Below, in pieces: positions 12,035 through 25,114 of a stretch of 64,000 nucleotides of DNA. The notes beneath the pieces were generated by a model, which saw only the letters and a list, made by a program, of their open reading frames with translations, ran no database searches and was not told where the DNA came from. The stretch is from contig OZ249449.1 of NCBI GenBank assembly GCA_965235115.1, forward strand, positions 8,804,001-8,868,000, given 5' to 3'. The stretch is from Laetmonice hystrix (Eukaryota). The position numbers were made by a program, and so were the translations under genes. Position 1 is the first letter of the stretch. Every line of letters begins with the position of its first letter.

Positions 12035-13529
12035 ATTTCATGACTGCAATTTTTCGTAGCCATTGGCTATGAAATATTGCAGTCATAAAATATTGCCACA
12101 TTGCGCTTTCGTACTGCAATATTTCATGACTGCAATATGTCATAGGCAGCATTATTCCATAGCTATAGGCTATGAAATATTGCAGTCTGTGAGATATTGC
12201 AGCATTTCATGACTGCAATATCCCCGAGTTCACCAGATTTCCACCAGACCACGTGGAAATCTCGAGGTGTGCCTGCTGGGAAATAAAGTAGATATATATA
12301 GGCCTAGGCCTATCGAAGGGGCATCAAGCAGTGATATTTTTCTTTATTTAGGCCTAAGGCTTACGCTGCGGGTGTTTGTCTTTGGATTAGAGTAGAGCGG
12401 GGCGAGACGCCCTCTTGAAGAAAGACGCCCCCCAGTGTTATCATTGAGTTGGGATTCCCTAGCCATTTTTCGCATAAATCTGTCTCTCCCCTAAGCGCCA
12501 GAGCTGCCTGCCAGCCCGGGCAGGCATACGTCGTGATTCCGCCGGATATATAATGCATATTATTTTATGCACTAATGGACGTAGAGTTGACGCCAGGCCA
12601 TTTGCGATTTGCGATATTTTCATGAAAGTAGGTCAACATTACATTTTATGAATATTTTCGTATAAGGTTTGCGCAACACTCTTGTACTCTGGTCACATTA
12701 CCTTTGTGTGATTCAGCCTAAGTACTATCATGATAACATAACGTACAGAAGTAATTATCTGTAAATAGGGGAAAAGAGTTCGACCATCCACGCCGAAGAT
12801 TTTATGTCACGCTCGCCTCGGGGTGTTCCATGAACTAGTTCACGCAAAGCCCTCTAGGTGGCACCAGTCGCTGCGCATGTGTGCTGAGTCGTTTGCAGTC
12901 ACTGCTTCTTCCGGAGTCATGGCTTCGATCGCGGCCGGACAGTGAAGGAATTACGAAAGTATTTGGCAGAAAGAGGTTTTCCATGCAACAAGAAGACCAA
13001 ATACGGGAAACCTGTTTCACTGGCTAACGAGGTAGAGCGTACCTATAGCCCAATCGAGCCCGACAATCATGTAGGAAAGAGAGCAGCGGTGTGTCGTACT
13101 GGATGTTGACACCGGAAGTCCCAGTGTCGGCTGGCGGCGCATGGCGGGATTTGAGTGAACTAGTTTTTAGAAGCTCCCGTAGGCCAATAAGAGCCGAACA
13201 CTTGAGAGAAGACCAACTGTAGCTTCTCCCTTCCATTTATTGAGCAGGGCGTTGTTGATTAGAGTGCTATAGATCTAATATCGAACTCCTGACCCAGCCT
13301 CCTGCTCTAATCCCCTAAAACTGAGCTGTGTGCAAAAAGTCCTCTTCCAAACGTAAATTATTGTTTCGCCTCAACTATAACCGGATAATGGTAAGTAGGC
13401 TACATTTGTAGGTAGACTAGGGGCCTATGTGTATAAGGAACGCGGGGCCCGTTTGTCACAGTGAAGACTTTTTAGCAGGCAAATCTGTGTAGCTAACCTT
13501 GTTACACCCTCCAGTCCAATCTTAAAACG

Positions 13530-13717
13530 CAAGGGTGTAGCCAGGGGGGTTTCCGGGTTGCCCGGACCCCCCCCCCCCCAAAAAAAAGATAATTAATAAC
13601 TAATTAAATAACTAAATAGATCTAAATGAATTACTAATATTACGGTTGGGACCCCCCCCCCCCCGCCATTTCAGTCGGAACCCCCCCCCCCTTATCTCAG
13701 TTCTGCCTACACCCCTG
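13530..13717. mobile_element. hAT-type MITE with 8-bp TSD
   Basis: TIRs CAAGGGTGTAGCCAG and CTGCCTACACCCCTG. TSD TTAAAACG / TTATAACG (perfect in the paralog at 41584). Confidence 0.85.
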
Positions 13718-14410
13718 TTATAACGTGCAGTCCGCAATCTTATGTAGGCCCTACAACATCCAATGAAACATCCACGTCCTGTCAAACCGTATTAGCTATA
13801 TCATCCAGTCAAATCTTGTAATAAAACATTCAGCAAAACTTGCCGTAACGTACCTTCACGTTGGACCTTGAGAAAAGACCCTGTGTAATCGAGTGGTGAC
13901 CCTGCCAGGTCGATTTAGGTATGGTTCATCGTAGGGTTCAGAAATAAAGAATTTACCAGGAAAAGGCTATCTGAAGGAGGGTCTAATCCCTAACCCTAGG
14001 GCCTAACCTGAAGATGACTGTGACAGTGACTGACAACGATTTATACCGTTATCGGCAAGGCTTCTATCAGAATAAAGTTCAACTAGATCTATAGACAATC
14101 AGAGATTGGCCGACCTGACAGACCTTGAACCCGTCAGTCTGACCTTATAGCATGATCTTTCAACAAAATCAGACCCACATACTAATACAGTGTGATGCAA
14201 TATGACAAGATGCCTGACCTCGGAAATTCTCATATAATGTATTCGGCAGTTTCCGCCATTCAGGATATATACCTCTTGGAACCGGACTTTAGTTCATAAA
14301 ATAGGCCAATTTTTTAGAAGTCTTGAGGAAAAATGACACTGCCTTTATTCTCATTGGGTGATGCCCGGATCTACATTCGAGTCGATTCTGCTTACGTCGG
14401 CATCTGGGAA

Positions 14411-16886
14411 ATGGGAAAGTTCTGGAAACTGAGAGATGTACGTCTACATGTCCGCTTCATTTGTTTCAGAATTAGCAGTCTTTATTGACGATCTTTAGCC
14501 TTTTGATGGTGGTGAGGTCGCATCAAAATCCTACAAATTATGGTAAGTCTTCTTAATCTAGGTTCTGGGGTTGAATGCCACTTTTTTGGTAGAAAATCCT
14601 TCCATTTTGGACACAGGTCCATAGACGTGAACAAAAATTAAACAGCATATGGTCTGTTTTCTTGTAGGATATCAGGCGGTGTTTTAACTACACATGGATC
14701 ATTTGTGCCGCGTCGTTCTTCGTGAAAACCGTGTCTGGTGGCGTGACGTACTCCATGGGGGTGTTCTACATCATCTTCTGTGAAAAACTGGAGGGAAGCA
14801 AAGAAATGATAGCCTTTGCCGCATCCATGAATCTGGCTTTTATGCTTTTATCGGGTGAGGAAAAATACTTAAAGATGACAACCATTTAAAAATATCATTG
14901 ATACTTTTTTATTTTATTATGATGGGTATTGTTTGATCAAAAAGACATAACAAATTTTTGGTCTTCTTCAGAGGTTGAAGATCTGTAGAGCCCAAGATTG
15001 TTACAATGTCTGTGTTCCCGCGATTAACACATACGGGTATAATGCATAATCCGCATGAGAGGGGGTCCCCCCTAACTAAAATTTCTGCCCCCCGGACCCG
15101 ATCAACCATATACCTCATGGCAATCACACAAATTATACACAAGTAGTTTACATATTCGGAAAGAAGTTATGTTATTCCATTTGCAGGACCAATCTCTGCA
15201 GTTCTTGTCGCCAGGTGGGGAGAGAGATGGACCACCATTGCCGGTGCTCTCCTGGGAACAGTGGGCATGGTCTCTGCTTCCTTCTCTACCAACGTGTTTC
15301 ATATAATCTTCACATACGGTATCCTCACTGGAGTAGGTCTGGGCTTGATCAGTATTCCGTCCTTGTCAATCCAGGCCAAGTACTGCGATAGACGCTTAGA
15401 GTTAGCCACCGGCATAGTGTTGTCTGGTACTGGATTTGGGGCTTTCCTTTTTCCAAGACTCGTAGTTCTCCTTGAGGGGCATTTCGGATGGCGTGGAGCG
15501 TTGGTGTTACTCGGCGGAGTTTTCCTCAACGTGACTGTCAGTGGCGCCCTTTACCGGACGCCAAAAGTTTCCACGTCTTGTGATGACCTGTCCAGTCGGA
15601 ATACAAGCGGGGAAAGATATAGGAACTTCATATCTATGTTCCGCAATGTTCCATTCGTGTGTATATGTCTTGGCATGACTTCGTTTTATTTCTTCAACAC
15701 CATCATGTACACCCATTTTGGTGCCTACTCTCTGTATCTTGGACACACAAAAGATGGTGTAACAGTTCTTTACCAGATCATGGGGGTTACCGTCACAGTT
15801 GGTAGGATACTGGCAGGCACCATTGCTCAAATTCCGTGCGTAAATTCCAGGGTACTGATGATTATGGCTACTCTTGTCCTGGCTCTATGCACTTCAGTGG
15901 TCCCTGTGTTTAAGAGCTGGGCCGTCTTGGCGGGATTTGCGTTTGTCATGGGGCTACTCATGGGACCTATACACGTCCTTATTTATCCTGTTGCCAACAC
16001 GATGGTCAGACCAGAAGATGTGCCGATGGCGTTTGGGCTGTTATCGATTTTCTCAGGGCCTCCTTCAATGTTTGGTGGTGCGGTGGGGGGTAAGAAAGCA
16101 AAATAATCATTGCTCCTTTAAGATAATATCAGATAATACATAATATTAATATTAAGATAACACATTCATTGTGGCTACTTTATAAGCAGACAAAGAAAGT
16201 TTGTGGCAAATACTGTCATACTATGATAAATAATTAGTGGCCAACATGATAGAAACAAATAAAGTTAATTTATCAAGGAACCCAAGAATGAGATTTGTTT
16301 TTTAGTAGTACCTCCATAGTTATATATGTTTTCACCTTGGCTTATAACTATAATATCTGCTAGTGATTCCAAGCTTAGGAAAAGAAATGCTTAGACCTAC
16401 TATTAGGCCTACTTTGATCTGAATTGGTGAATGTCTTTTTTCACACTTGTGTCTTGCTCTGTGGATATTTACCAAGAAAATACGTCAGCATGACCCAGAA
16501 ATGATACATGATCGCTAAATGTTAAAATATTCCCTGTCACAATTTATTTAGAGGGAAGGAAATACCTTAATTCGTTCCCACAAAATAAATTCGAGGGAAC
16601 GAATTAATGTACATATGTATAACGTTTTTACAGTCGTGTCCCCTTAGGAGCTCTGTACTTTTGCACTGAAACAATGTCTGTTTATATATTTACAGCCTCA
16701 GTGTACGAGTCGACAGGCAAGTACACCAACACTCTATACGTGGGCGCCGGGTTTCTGTATGCCACAGTCCTGATTTTGGTGCCCATACTCTGGCAGGATC
16801 TCCAACACCTCTGTCAGTCACGTCTAAGTAAACAAAGGCAGACCACCATCCAGAGTCATGAGGTGGATGGAGTGACAGATTGCTGA
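14411..16886 (+). CDS. SLC16/MCT-family transporter type B, copy B1 (435 aa). Exons 14411-14437, 14668-14854, 15187-16089, 16696-16886
   Basis: The 27-nt first coding exon (MGKFWKLRD|gt) keeps its ATG, frame and donor in all six B copies. Motifs GPISAVLVARWGER, YCDRRLELATG and FGWRGALVLLGG. GT-AG introns, open frame. Confidence 0.88.
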
Positions 16887-18598
16887 GTAAAGCAACGGAC
16901 AGAAAATAATCCTTCACCAGACAATCAATGTTGTGCGTTGACATAATTTCGTGTCTTCTGCATGTAAAATTGAAGCAATGAGTTCTCTGTAGCTGCGACA
17001 TGTGTGGCACATCGCCGGCAGCGATTTGTTATTTTAACACGTAACAGTGCACACCATATATGGAAAATGGCATGGGGTTTCCCTGAGTTTGCCTGACCTA
17101 TATGTCTGGATATATTAAAATATTGATGTTCAAACATCACGTGACCAAAACAAGGGTAGGCTACTTTACGACACTGTGCCTGCACAGACTGCAGACAACG
17201 ACATCTTTCTCCATATTGGTGCAAGATTAATGCATCAAACTAGCTGGATAGCCGCAAAACTTGACGCCTGGCAAGTTTTAAGACAATCTACATCGTATTT
17301 ACTGACCGATGGTCGGTGTTAGTTCCCAGGATTGCCTTTGATGGGGAGTCAGTGAGCCAGGAATCGTAGAACTGACAGTGCATACATACAGGGTCAGCCG
17401 TCATACTCCAACAAGTCAGGATAAATGAAGTAGGTCAGCGACAGTGTCGCTGTCAGATCAGTTAACGATATTTAATAGCCCAGACCCATTAGTTTCCAGA
17501 AAAGGTGACATTATATTTAATTTACCACTTTATTTAATCAGATTCAGAGAATCGTACGACGTGCAGGTGTCTATTATGGGGATTTCAAAGAACAAAATTA
17601 AAATATTGGGGCTTATCTTGAGTTGCCGTTTCAATCGGCATTCAATTAGCGTTTCCTGACTAGTTTATGCCTACAAGCTGCTATATAGGGCCTATTCTAC
17701 AAATGTGTTAAGTTATATGCCTACCTACACATATAATGAACTAAGTTTCACGAGAATATAGGTTACGGTGCCATTCCATGCGACCTCCCCGTGTCCGATG
17801 TCCATGTAGATCTACGGCTTTTAAAACGTCCCACATACCGATTGGGGAGTGTGGGTTTGGGCTTTCGTCGACTTAAAGCGAGGGTCTCGTCCTTCAGCAT
17901 TGTGCGATAAGGGGTCCACCCTAACGGTCGATGTGCTATTTATAGATGTCAGTTCCTATGCTACAGCAAAGGATGGACGTAAAATAGGTCACTAGGCCAA
18001 GGCGGTTGAGAGCATGGTCTAACGGATGAGACTGCTGCTTTAAAGCGACAGTCTCGTCCTTCAGCAGTGTGCGCTAGGCTGGCCATCCTAATAGTCGATG
18101 TGCTATTTATAGACGTCAGTTCCTATGTTGTGAGACAAGACCGTCGCTTTAAGAAGGGTAATCTCAGGTTACACTTTGTTAGAGGTGTCTGTATTACGTC
18201 TAGTCCTCGATCGCCATCGGAACTGGATCGGCCGGTAGATCCATATAGCTATGGATACGAATATCACGTTGTACATATTGCTTCTTACAACAACCAAAAA
18301 TATTGGCAGGACATATTATGTTGCTTTGTGTGTTGCATCTAACAAAATACTTTGAACACCTGCTGTCGCTTGAATCCGTTATCACCCAGCTACGACCACA
18401 TCTCGGAGCCATTAAATAACCTCTGCATAACCGGAAGATAGTGTGGCGTCGTGAAGGACCTCCTTTGAGATCTAATACTACCACAAGTATGATCACTGAT
18501 TGACAACGATTTCTGCCTTCATCAGCTCGGTCTAAATCAGACCAAAGTTGAACTAGGATTAGACAATCGGATATCGACCACCCTGACGGCTCCTGTCG

Positions 18599-18706
18599 GG
18601 GAATGGCCGTGACGTCATAAAAATGAGCGAAAAAAGATGCGAAACCTAACCATACCCCTTACCTAACACTCATTATCGCTCATTTGGTGACGTCAAAGCC
18701 ATTCCC
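18599..18706. mobile_element. CCTAACC-loop hairpin element, second locus
   Basis: Same arms as 10967-11075. Confidence 0.6.
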
Positions 18707-19029
18707 TAACTTGTGCCGCCCTGGCAGGCCCCGAACCCAAGGTAGGCGCTGCTGAGTGGCAACATTTGTAGGCGTGAGTCTGCCATAGCATGATCTGCCA
18801 AGATAATCAGACCTATACAGTGTAATGCATTACGACAAGCTGGCTGACCTAGGACTTTCCCAACTGTACTCGGCAGTTTATATATGTCTTGGAACCGGAC
18901 AATAGTTCGTAAAATGTGGCAAATTTTTAGAAGTGTTGAGGAAGATTAACACTGAGTTTTTTCTCATAAGGGAATGCTGGGTGACGCAAGGATCTACATT
19001 TGAGGTGATTCTGCTTCCCCATCTGAAAA

Positions 19030-22000
19030 ATGGGGAAGTTCCGGAAGGTGAGAGATGTATGTATACGTGTACATATATTGTTTTACAATTTACAACATCT
19101 GTAGGGCCCTCAAATGCGAAAATTACGCCATATATATGAGACCTCAGCTTTATGTGGAAAGAAATTAACGTCATAGTGGTTTCTCATTTACCTGCCCGTT
19201 TCTAAGATATGGCTAGGTCTGAGATATTTACGGGGGATGAAGTTTTACTACCGCAACAGCACCAGTAACAACAACACTCATTTCTATTCCTGGCAGACAA
19301 AGCACTGATGCCATGCTATCTAGTGAGCGCCCTCCACCGTAATATTCGACACTTAGTCGTTTGACCAGCCGAAAAAAAACAGGCAGGCAGGCACGTAGGC
19401 CTATATCACATTTCTGACACATATCTAACAATTGGCTCACAGGAAATGTGGAAAAAATTACCTCAAAGGTGAAACAAAATATTTACTACATATATGAAAA
19501 ATGTGTACATCAAATATTATGAAAACCAAGTTTGTCCATGTAAACACTATCTTGTGGGGATTACCAAAGCTTTGTCAATGGCGGTGCAGTAGTGGTGGTT
19601 TCGGCCATATACTTATGCTATGGAAATGGGTTCAGGAATCATAGGACCGGCTTTAGACTGCACTGAGGTGCCATAGACAATATTAGAGAAGCTTAAACGT
19701 GAACTGGGTTAAGTGTGAAGCCCATATATATATAGGTGGCCTGCATACATCGGCACACAATAGACCGATATACATTGTCAGGGACCCGGATTTATACTTG
19801 AGTACCTTTGTCCGATAACAGCAGTAAGAACCATATACTAATACCACATCTTGTTTACTTTTATTTTATTTCCACAAGGTGTCAAACCGGTCTCTTTTTA
19901 ATCCGTAAAGTACATTTCGTAAATTGATGTAGCCTGGGCCTGGAGGAATCTAGGCCAATATAGACATGTACATTAATAATTATTATATTGCAAATTTATG
20001 TTTTCTTGCAGGACATCAGGCGGTATTTTAACTACACATGGGTCATTTGCGCCGCGTCGTTCTTCGTGAAAACCGTGTCTGGTGGCGTGACGTACTCCAT
20101 GGGGGTGTTTTACATCATCTTCTGTGAAAAACTGGAGGGAAGCAAAGAAATGATAGCCTTCGCCGCATCCATGAATCTGGCTGTTATGTGTTTAACTGGT
20201 GAAGACAATACTTAAAGATGTCCTCTCGGGACTTTAAAAAAATGCATGGTCATTTGAAAAGATACATCTGTAGCCTATTATAGCTGTTGATATCATTGAT
20301 AGTTTCTCGAACTTTTTGATACTTTTTTATTTTATTATCATGGGTATTGTGTGAAACAACCCCCATATAAGTCATTAAATGGACTTTTTCAGAGCTTGAA
20401 CATCTTTAGAGCCCAAGATCCGACTCTGTTGGTTGGGGACTCCATCAGTTCCCACATAGAGTTGTGACAATGTCTATGTTCCCACGATTATCATATATGC
20501 GGGTATAATGCATGATAGTTTGCATGAACGTATCCAGAGGGGCCACCTGTAACTAAATTTTCTGCCCCCCCCGGACCCAATCAACCATATACCTCGTGGC
20601 AATCACACAAATTATACACAAGTAGTTTACATATTCGGAAAGAAGTTATGTTATTCCATTTGCAGGACCAATCTCTGCAGTTCTTGTCGCCAGATGCGGA
20701 GAGAGATGGACCACCATTGCCGGGGCTCTCCTGGGAACAGTGGGCATGGTCTCTGCTTCCTTTTCTACCAACGTGTTTCATCTAGTCTTCACATACGGTA
20801 TCCTCACTGGAGTAGGTCTGGGCCTGACCAGTATTCCGTCCTTGTCAATACAGGCCAAGTACTGCGATAAACGCCTAGAGTTAGCTTCCGGCATAGTGAT
20901 GTCTGGGACTGGATTTGGGTCTTTCCTATTTCCAAGACTCGTAGTTCTCCTTGAGGAACATTTCGGATGGCGTGGAGCGTTGGTGTTACTCGGCGGAGTT
21001 TTCCTCAACGTGACTGTCAGTGGCGCCCTCTACCGGACTGTGCCAAAAGTTTCCACGTCTTGTGATGACCTGTCCAGTCGGAATACAAGCGGGGAAAGAT
21101 ATAGGAACTTCATATCTATGTTCCGCAATGTTCCATTCGTGTGTCTATGTCTTAGCATGACTTTGTTTTGTTTTTTTAACACCATCATGTACACCCATTT
21201 TGGTGCCTACTCTCTGTATCTTGGACACACAAAAGATGGTGTAACAGTTCTTTACCAGATCCTGGGGGTTACCGTCACAGTTGGTAGGATACTGGCAGGC
21301 ACCATTGCTCAAATTCCGTGCGTAAATTCCAGGGTACTTATAATTATGGCTACTCTTTTCCTGGCTCTATGCACTACAGTGGTCCCTGTGTTTACAAGCT
21401 GGGCCGTCTTGGCGGGATTTGCGTTTGTCATGGGGCTACTCCTGGGACCCATCAACGTCGTCATTTATCCTGTTGCCACCACGATGGTCAGACCAGAAGA
21501 TGTGCCGATGGCGTTTGGGCTATTCGCGATTTTCTCAGGGCCTCCTTCAATGTTTGGTGGCGCGGTGGGGGGTAAGAAAGCAAAATAATCATTGCTCCGT
21601 TAAGATAATATCAGATCATAGATAATATTAATATTAAGATAACACATTCATTGTGGCTACTTTATAAGAAGGCGAAGAAAGTGTGTGGCAAATACTGTCA
21701 TACTATGATAAATAATTAGTGGCCAACATGATGGTCAGACCTGAAGATGTCACGATGGCGTTTGGGCTGTTGACGATTTTCGGTGGGCCTGCAATGTTTG
21801 GTGGTGCGGTGGGGGTTAAGAATGCAACAGAATCTTTGTTCTTAGTCCACAACCTTGGACATAATAACACATTTATTGGGGGTACTTTATAGGAAGGAAA
21901 AGAAAGCAAATCAAGTTCATCAAGCAACCCCCCCCCCCACCAAAAAGGGTGTTTTCTTCAATATTATTGATATCATTGCCACTTTCTCTACTTTTTCATG

Positions 22001-22561
22001 TTATTATGATATTATGAATTATGATGGGTATTGTGTTAAAGAACATAAAACCCATATAAAACCAGTAATTTTTTATGTTAATGATAGCCTTGGCCTTCTT
22101 CTAGTGATTCCAAGCTTGGGGAAAACAAATGTTTAGAGCTATTTCTGACAATTTGATCTCAATTGGTGAATGTCTTTTATTAACACTTTTGTCTGGCTCT
22201 CTGGATATCTACCAACAAAAAACGTGACCCAGAAAGGATCCGTGATCGATAATCGTTACAATATGCCCTGATAAGGCTACATTATTCAAACATAATGTTA
22301 CTTTCAGCGGTGCCAGTATGCACTCATCTTCTTCTTTCCGGTGAAACAATGTCTGTTTATATATTTACAGCCTCAGTGTACGAGTCGACAGGCAAGTACG
22401 CCAACACTCTATACGTGGGCGCCGGGTTTCTGTACGCTACAGTCCTGATTCTGGTGCCCATACTCTGGCAGGATCTCCAACACCTCTGTCAGTCACGTCT
22501 AAGTAAACAAAGGCAGACCACCATCCAGAGTCATGAGGTGGATGGAGTGCAAGATTGCTGA
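19030..22561 (+). CDS. SLC16 type B, copy B2 (436 aa). Exons 19030-19056, 20012-20198, 20666-21571, 22371-22561
   Basis: MGKFRKVRD|DIRRYFNYTW; all splice sites canonical; open frame. Intron 1 is largely non-homologous to that of B1 and B3. Confidence 0.85.
21724..21815 (+). pseudogene. Second copy of the exon-3 3' end (B5/B6 type) inside B2 intron 3, with dead donor
   Basis: Encodes MVRPEDVTMAFGLLTIFGGPAMFGGAVG, followed by TTAAG instead of GTAAG. Confidence 0.85.
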
Positions 22562-22960
22562 GTAAAACAACGGACAGAAAATAATCCTTTATCAGGCAAA
22601 ATAGTTTCATCGCTGCTTAATCTAGGCATCAATGTACGCGATGCGCGTTGGCATCTGTTTTTCAATTATCCTGATACAGCTTGGGTTTTACAGAGTAATG
22701 CTGGTCTTCTGCCCTTTCTCAAATGCCTGGAACAGCCCCAACTAATCTTGTTAATACTTGAAATTTATAGTAGGCCCTATTCCCTTCACAATATCTTAAA
22801 ATACATACGTTTGAATAAAAACACCAAACGTAGCGCCGTCTGGACGGATTCCGCTCAGTTATCCCTACAGCCGTGCCCTGGAATGGATCATGCGAGTAGT
22901 CGGTCTCGGGTTGGTCCCAGTAAGGTAAGTAGGTATCTAAATGCAGATTTTCCACCTTAC

Positions 22961-23115
22961 CAGCTCTGAGGAGCCCAAGGGGTAACATTTACATGCCGAC
23001 ACCCGTAACTTCCTGCTGGAGCTTGCGCCCGCCACAGTGAGCGTGTAAACTATCTTGGTGTTGGCGGAATGGCCACGACTGTCATACGGTGTTGCAGTGA
23101 CACGGGACAAATTCA
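22961..23115 (-). pseudogene. Exon-like antisense relic (phase 1 to 0), also at 51582-51736 and 56740-56894
   Basis: Acceptor TATTATAG, donor CTG|GTAAGG, open frame VNLSRVTATPYDSRGHSANTKIVYTLTV...SACKCYPLGSSEL. Family unknown. Confidence 0.4.
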
Positions 23116-23780
23116 CTATAATATTTTCAAAATAAATATGTTCAAAAATATTTGTTCTGCTTAATGAGGGCTTGGATTTGGGTCCCAAATGAAATAGACC
23201 CCCCCCCCCCCGATTTTGAAGTGAAGCAAAATAAGCATGTTGTTATTCATGTCTATTCTCAATAGATCTATGGGCCTATTTTTCCTCTAATTTTTATCTT
23301 GAGGTGCCGGGAGGTAGGTCCCCTCTAGAATTTTTAGTCTTCAAAATGAAACATTTTTTTAAAATAACAGTTAAATGAAGACGGATCAATGAAAATTTGT
23401 CAGGCGCTAGTGTGTTGGCGACATCTTATCAGCATGTTATGTTGTGTCGACGGGTCCCCTGGCCAGTGAAACGTCTTTATTAGCATGGTAGGCTACCACC
23501 ATGGGACACGTCAAGAGTCGACTCAAGATATGTACCGGCGCAATTTATACAGATATGTGCATGGTTAACCTCATTCAGCTGATGTAATAATATTATTATA
23601 TTGTATAAAGAATTCTGTGTCTGTATTGTGGTCATAGATTCATACATGCATTGCAGCAGTCAAAGCGATGCACTACAAAATAGACCCACATAGCCTAACC
23701 ATATTACTTTCATAAAAAGATGGCATTATACTGAATCTACCATCATAATACAGTTTCAGTGGCAGATGCTCAGCCACACA

Positions 23781-24045
23781 CAGTGGCGTATCCAGAAATC
23801 TTTTAAGGGGGGTTTCCGAAGTTTAGGTACTTCAGAGATGGCCATTAGTCCATGGTTCCCTGAGTAATTAAAAAAAGAAGACATCATGCAATCTCGGGAC
23901 ATCGTGTGGAAATATGAAGGTTTCCTTTGGTTAAAATAATGCATTTTACACCCCTTTTTTTTATCTAAATGTCCTTAATATGGTAATTTTTTTAAGGGGG
24001 GGGGGGGTTCCAGGATACTTGGAAACCCCCCTGGATACGCCACTG
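23781..24045. mobile_element. hAT-like MITE with 15-bp perfect TIRs
   Basis: CAGTGGCGTATCCAG...CTGGATACGCCACTG; TSD degenerate. Paralogs at 52411-52680 and 57566-57830. Confidence 0.8.
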
Positions 24046-25114
24046 CGACACATACGGGGCCCGATGGCCCAGAAACCAAGAGGTGTTCCAACCTTAAACC
24101 AAGTGGACCCTAAGCCTAGGTCCATAGACTTCATTTTCGGCTTGGTCCCAGGGTGGGATACATAGGGTTCCGTCTATTCCCGGCCCCAAATACAATGTAT
24201 ATCTTTTCAACGGCCGGCTGTCCGATATGTCACGCTCAGAATTCCCCCTCAAATGTACCCGACATTTCCAACGTTTGTAGACAATTTTAACAGAAAGAGT
24301 CTTTCCCCTCTTGGTTGTAGGCCTATGTCAGTTATTCAACTAGATAATGTCGAGTGGTCGTTGTGATAAGATTCGCTGAGTGTGAGCATTTGTAGCGGCG
24401 AGTCTGTCAATATATCATGATAGTTCGAAAAAATTGGACCTATAGTATACTAATAGGCCTATGGTGACAAGTGCTAGTGTGAGGCCAAAAAAAATTGTGA
24501 GACCAATTTTTTTTTTAATTTTGCAGATAAACAGAGTATGTTCTTTTAAAATTCAGCAAAAAATGATACCTCACTGGGTTAGTTTTTTTTGTTAAGAGCG
24601 TTTGAAATTGTATATGTTCGTCATGTACGTCATGTACACTGTAAACTATTTTTCATTTTTACCACTTCTATTTGTTATAACGGTGACATCCGCTGGATAG
24701 GGGATGGGATAATAAGGGAAAACTGTTTCACTGGCAACCGAGGTAGAGCATGTTTATAGCCCAATCGAGCCGGACGATCATGTATATACTCGGAAAGAGA
24801 GCGGCGGTGTGTCGTACTGGATGTTTACACCGAAAGTCCCAGTTTCGGAGGAAGTGGGCTTTCAGCGCTGGCGGTGCATAGCGGGATTTGAGTGACCTAG
24901 TTTTGAGAAACTCCCGTATTATGACCTCTGAATTTCTCAACTAGATTTCGCAGTTTCGGGATATGTACCTCTTATCAGACATTAGTTCGTAAATGTGGCA
25001 AATTTTTAGAAGTGTTGAGGGAGATTACTACTGACGTTTTTCTCATAAGTCCATCCTGGGTGACGCACGGATCTACATTTGAGATGATATTCTACTTATG
25101 TCCCCATCTGGAAA

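Larger units (their letters stand above)
11655..12225. repeat. Palindromic ATGAAATATTGCAGT satellite array, interrupted by a MITE
   Basis: The motif recurs on both strands. The uninterrupted paralog is at ~40046-40315. Confidence 0.8.

Noticed and set aside
14540-14542. ATG|GTAAGT as the main type B start, implying B2, B3, B5 and B6 lack a start
   Set aside because: A 27-nt ATG exon further upstream is conserved in frame, with its donor, in all six copies.
17000-18500. Several 70-106-aa ORFs between B1 and B2 (and 45.0-46.5 kb)
   Set aside because: No recognisable domain or consistent splice structure, and frames are broken between the two copies.
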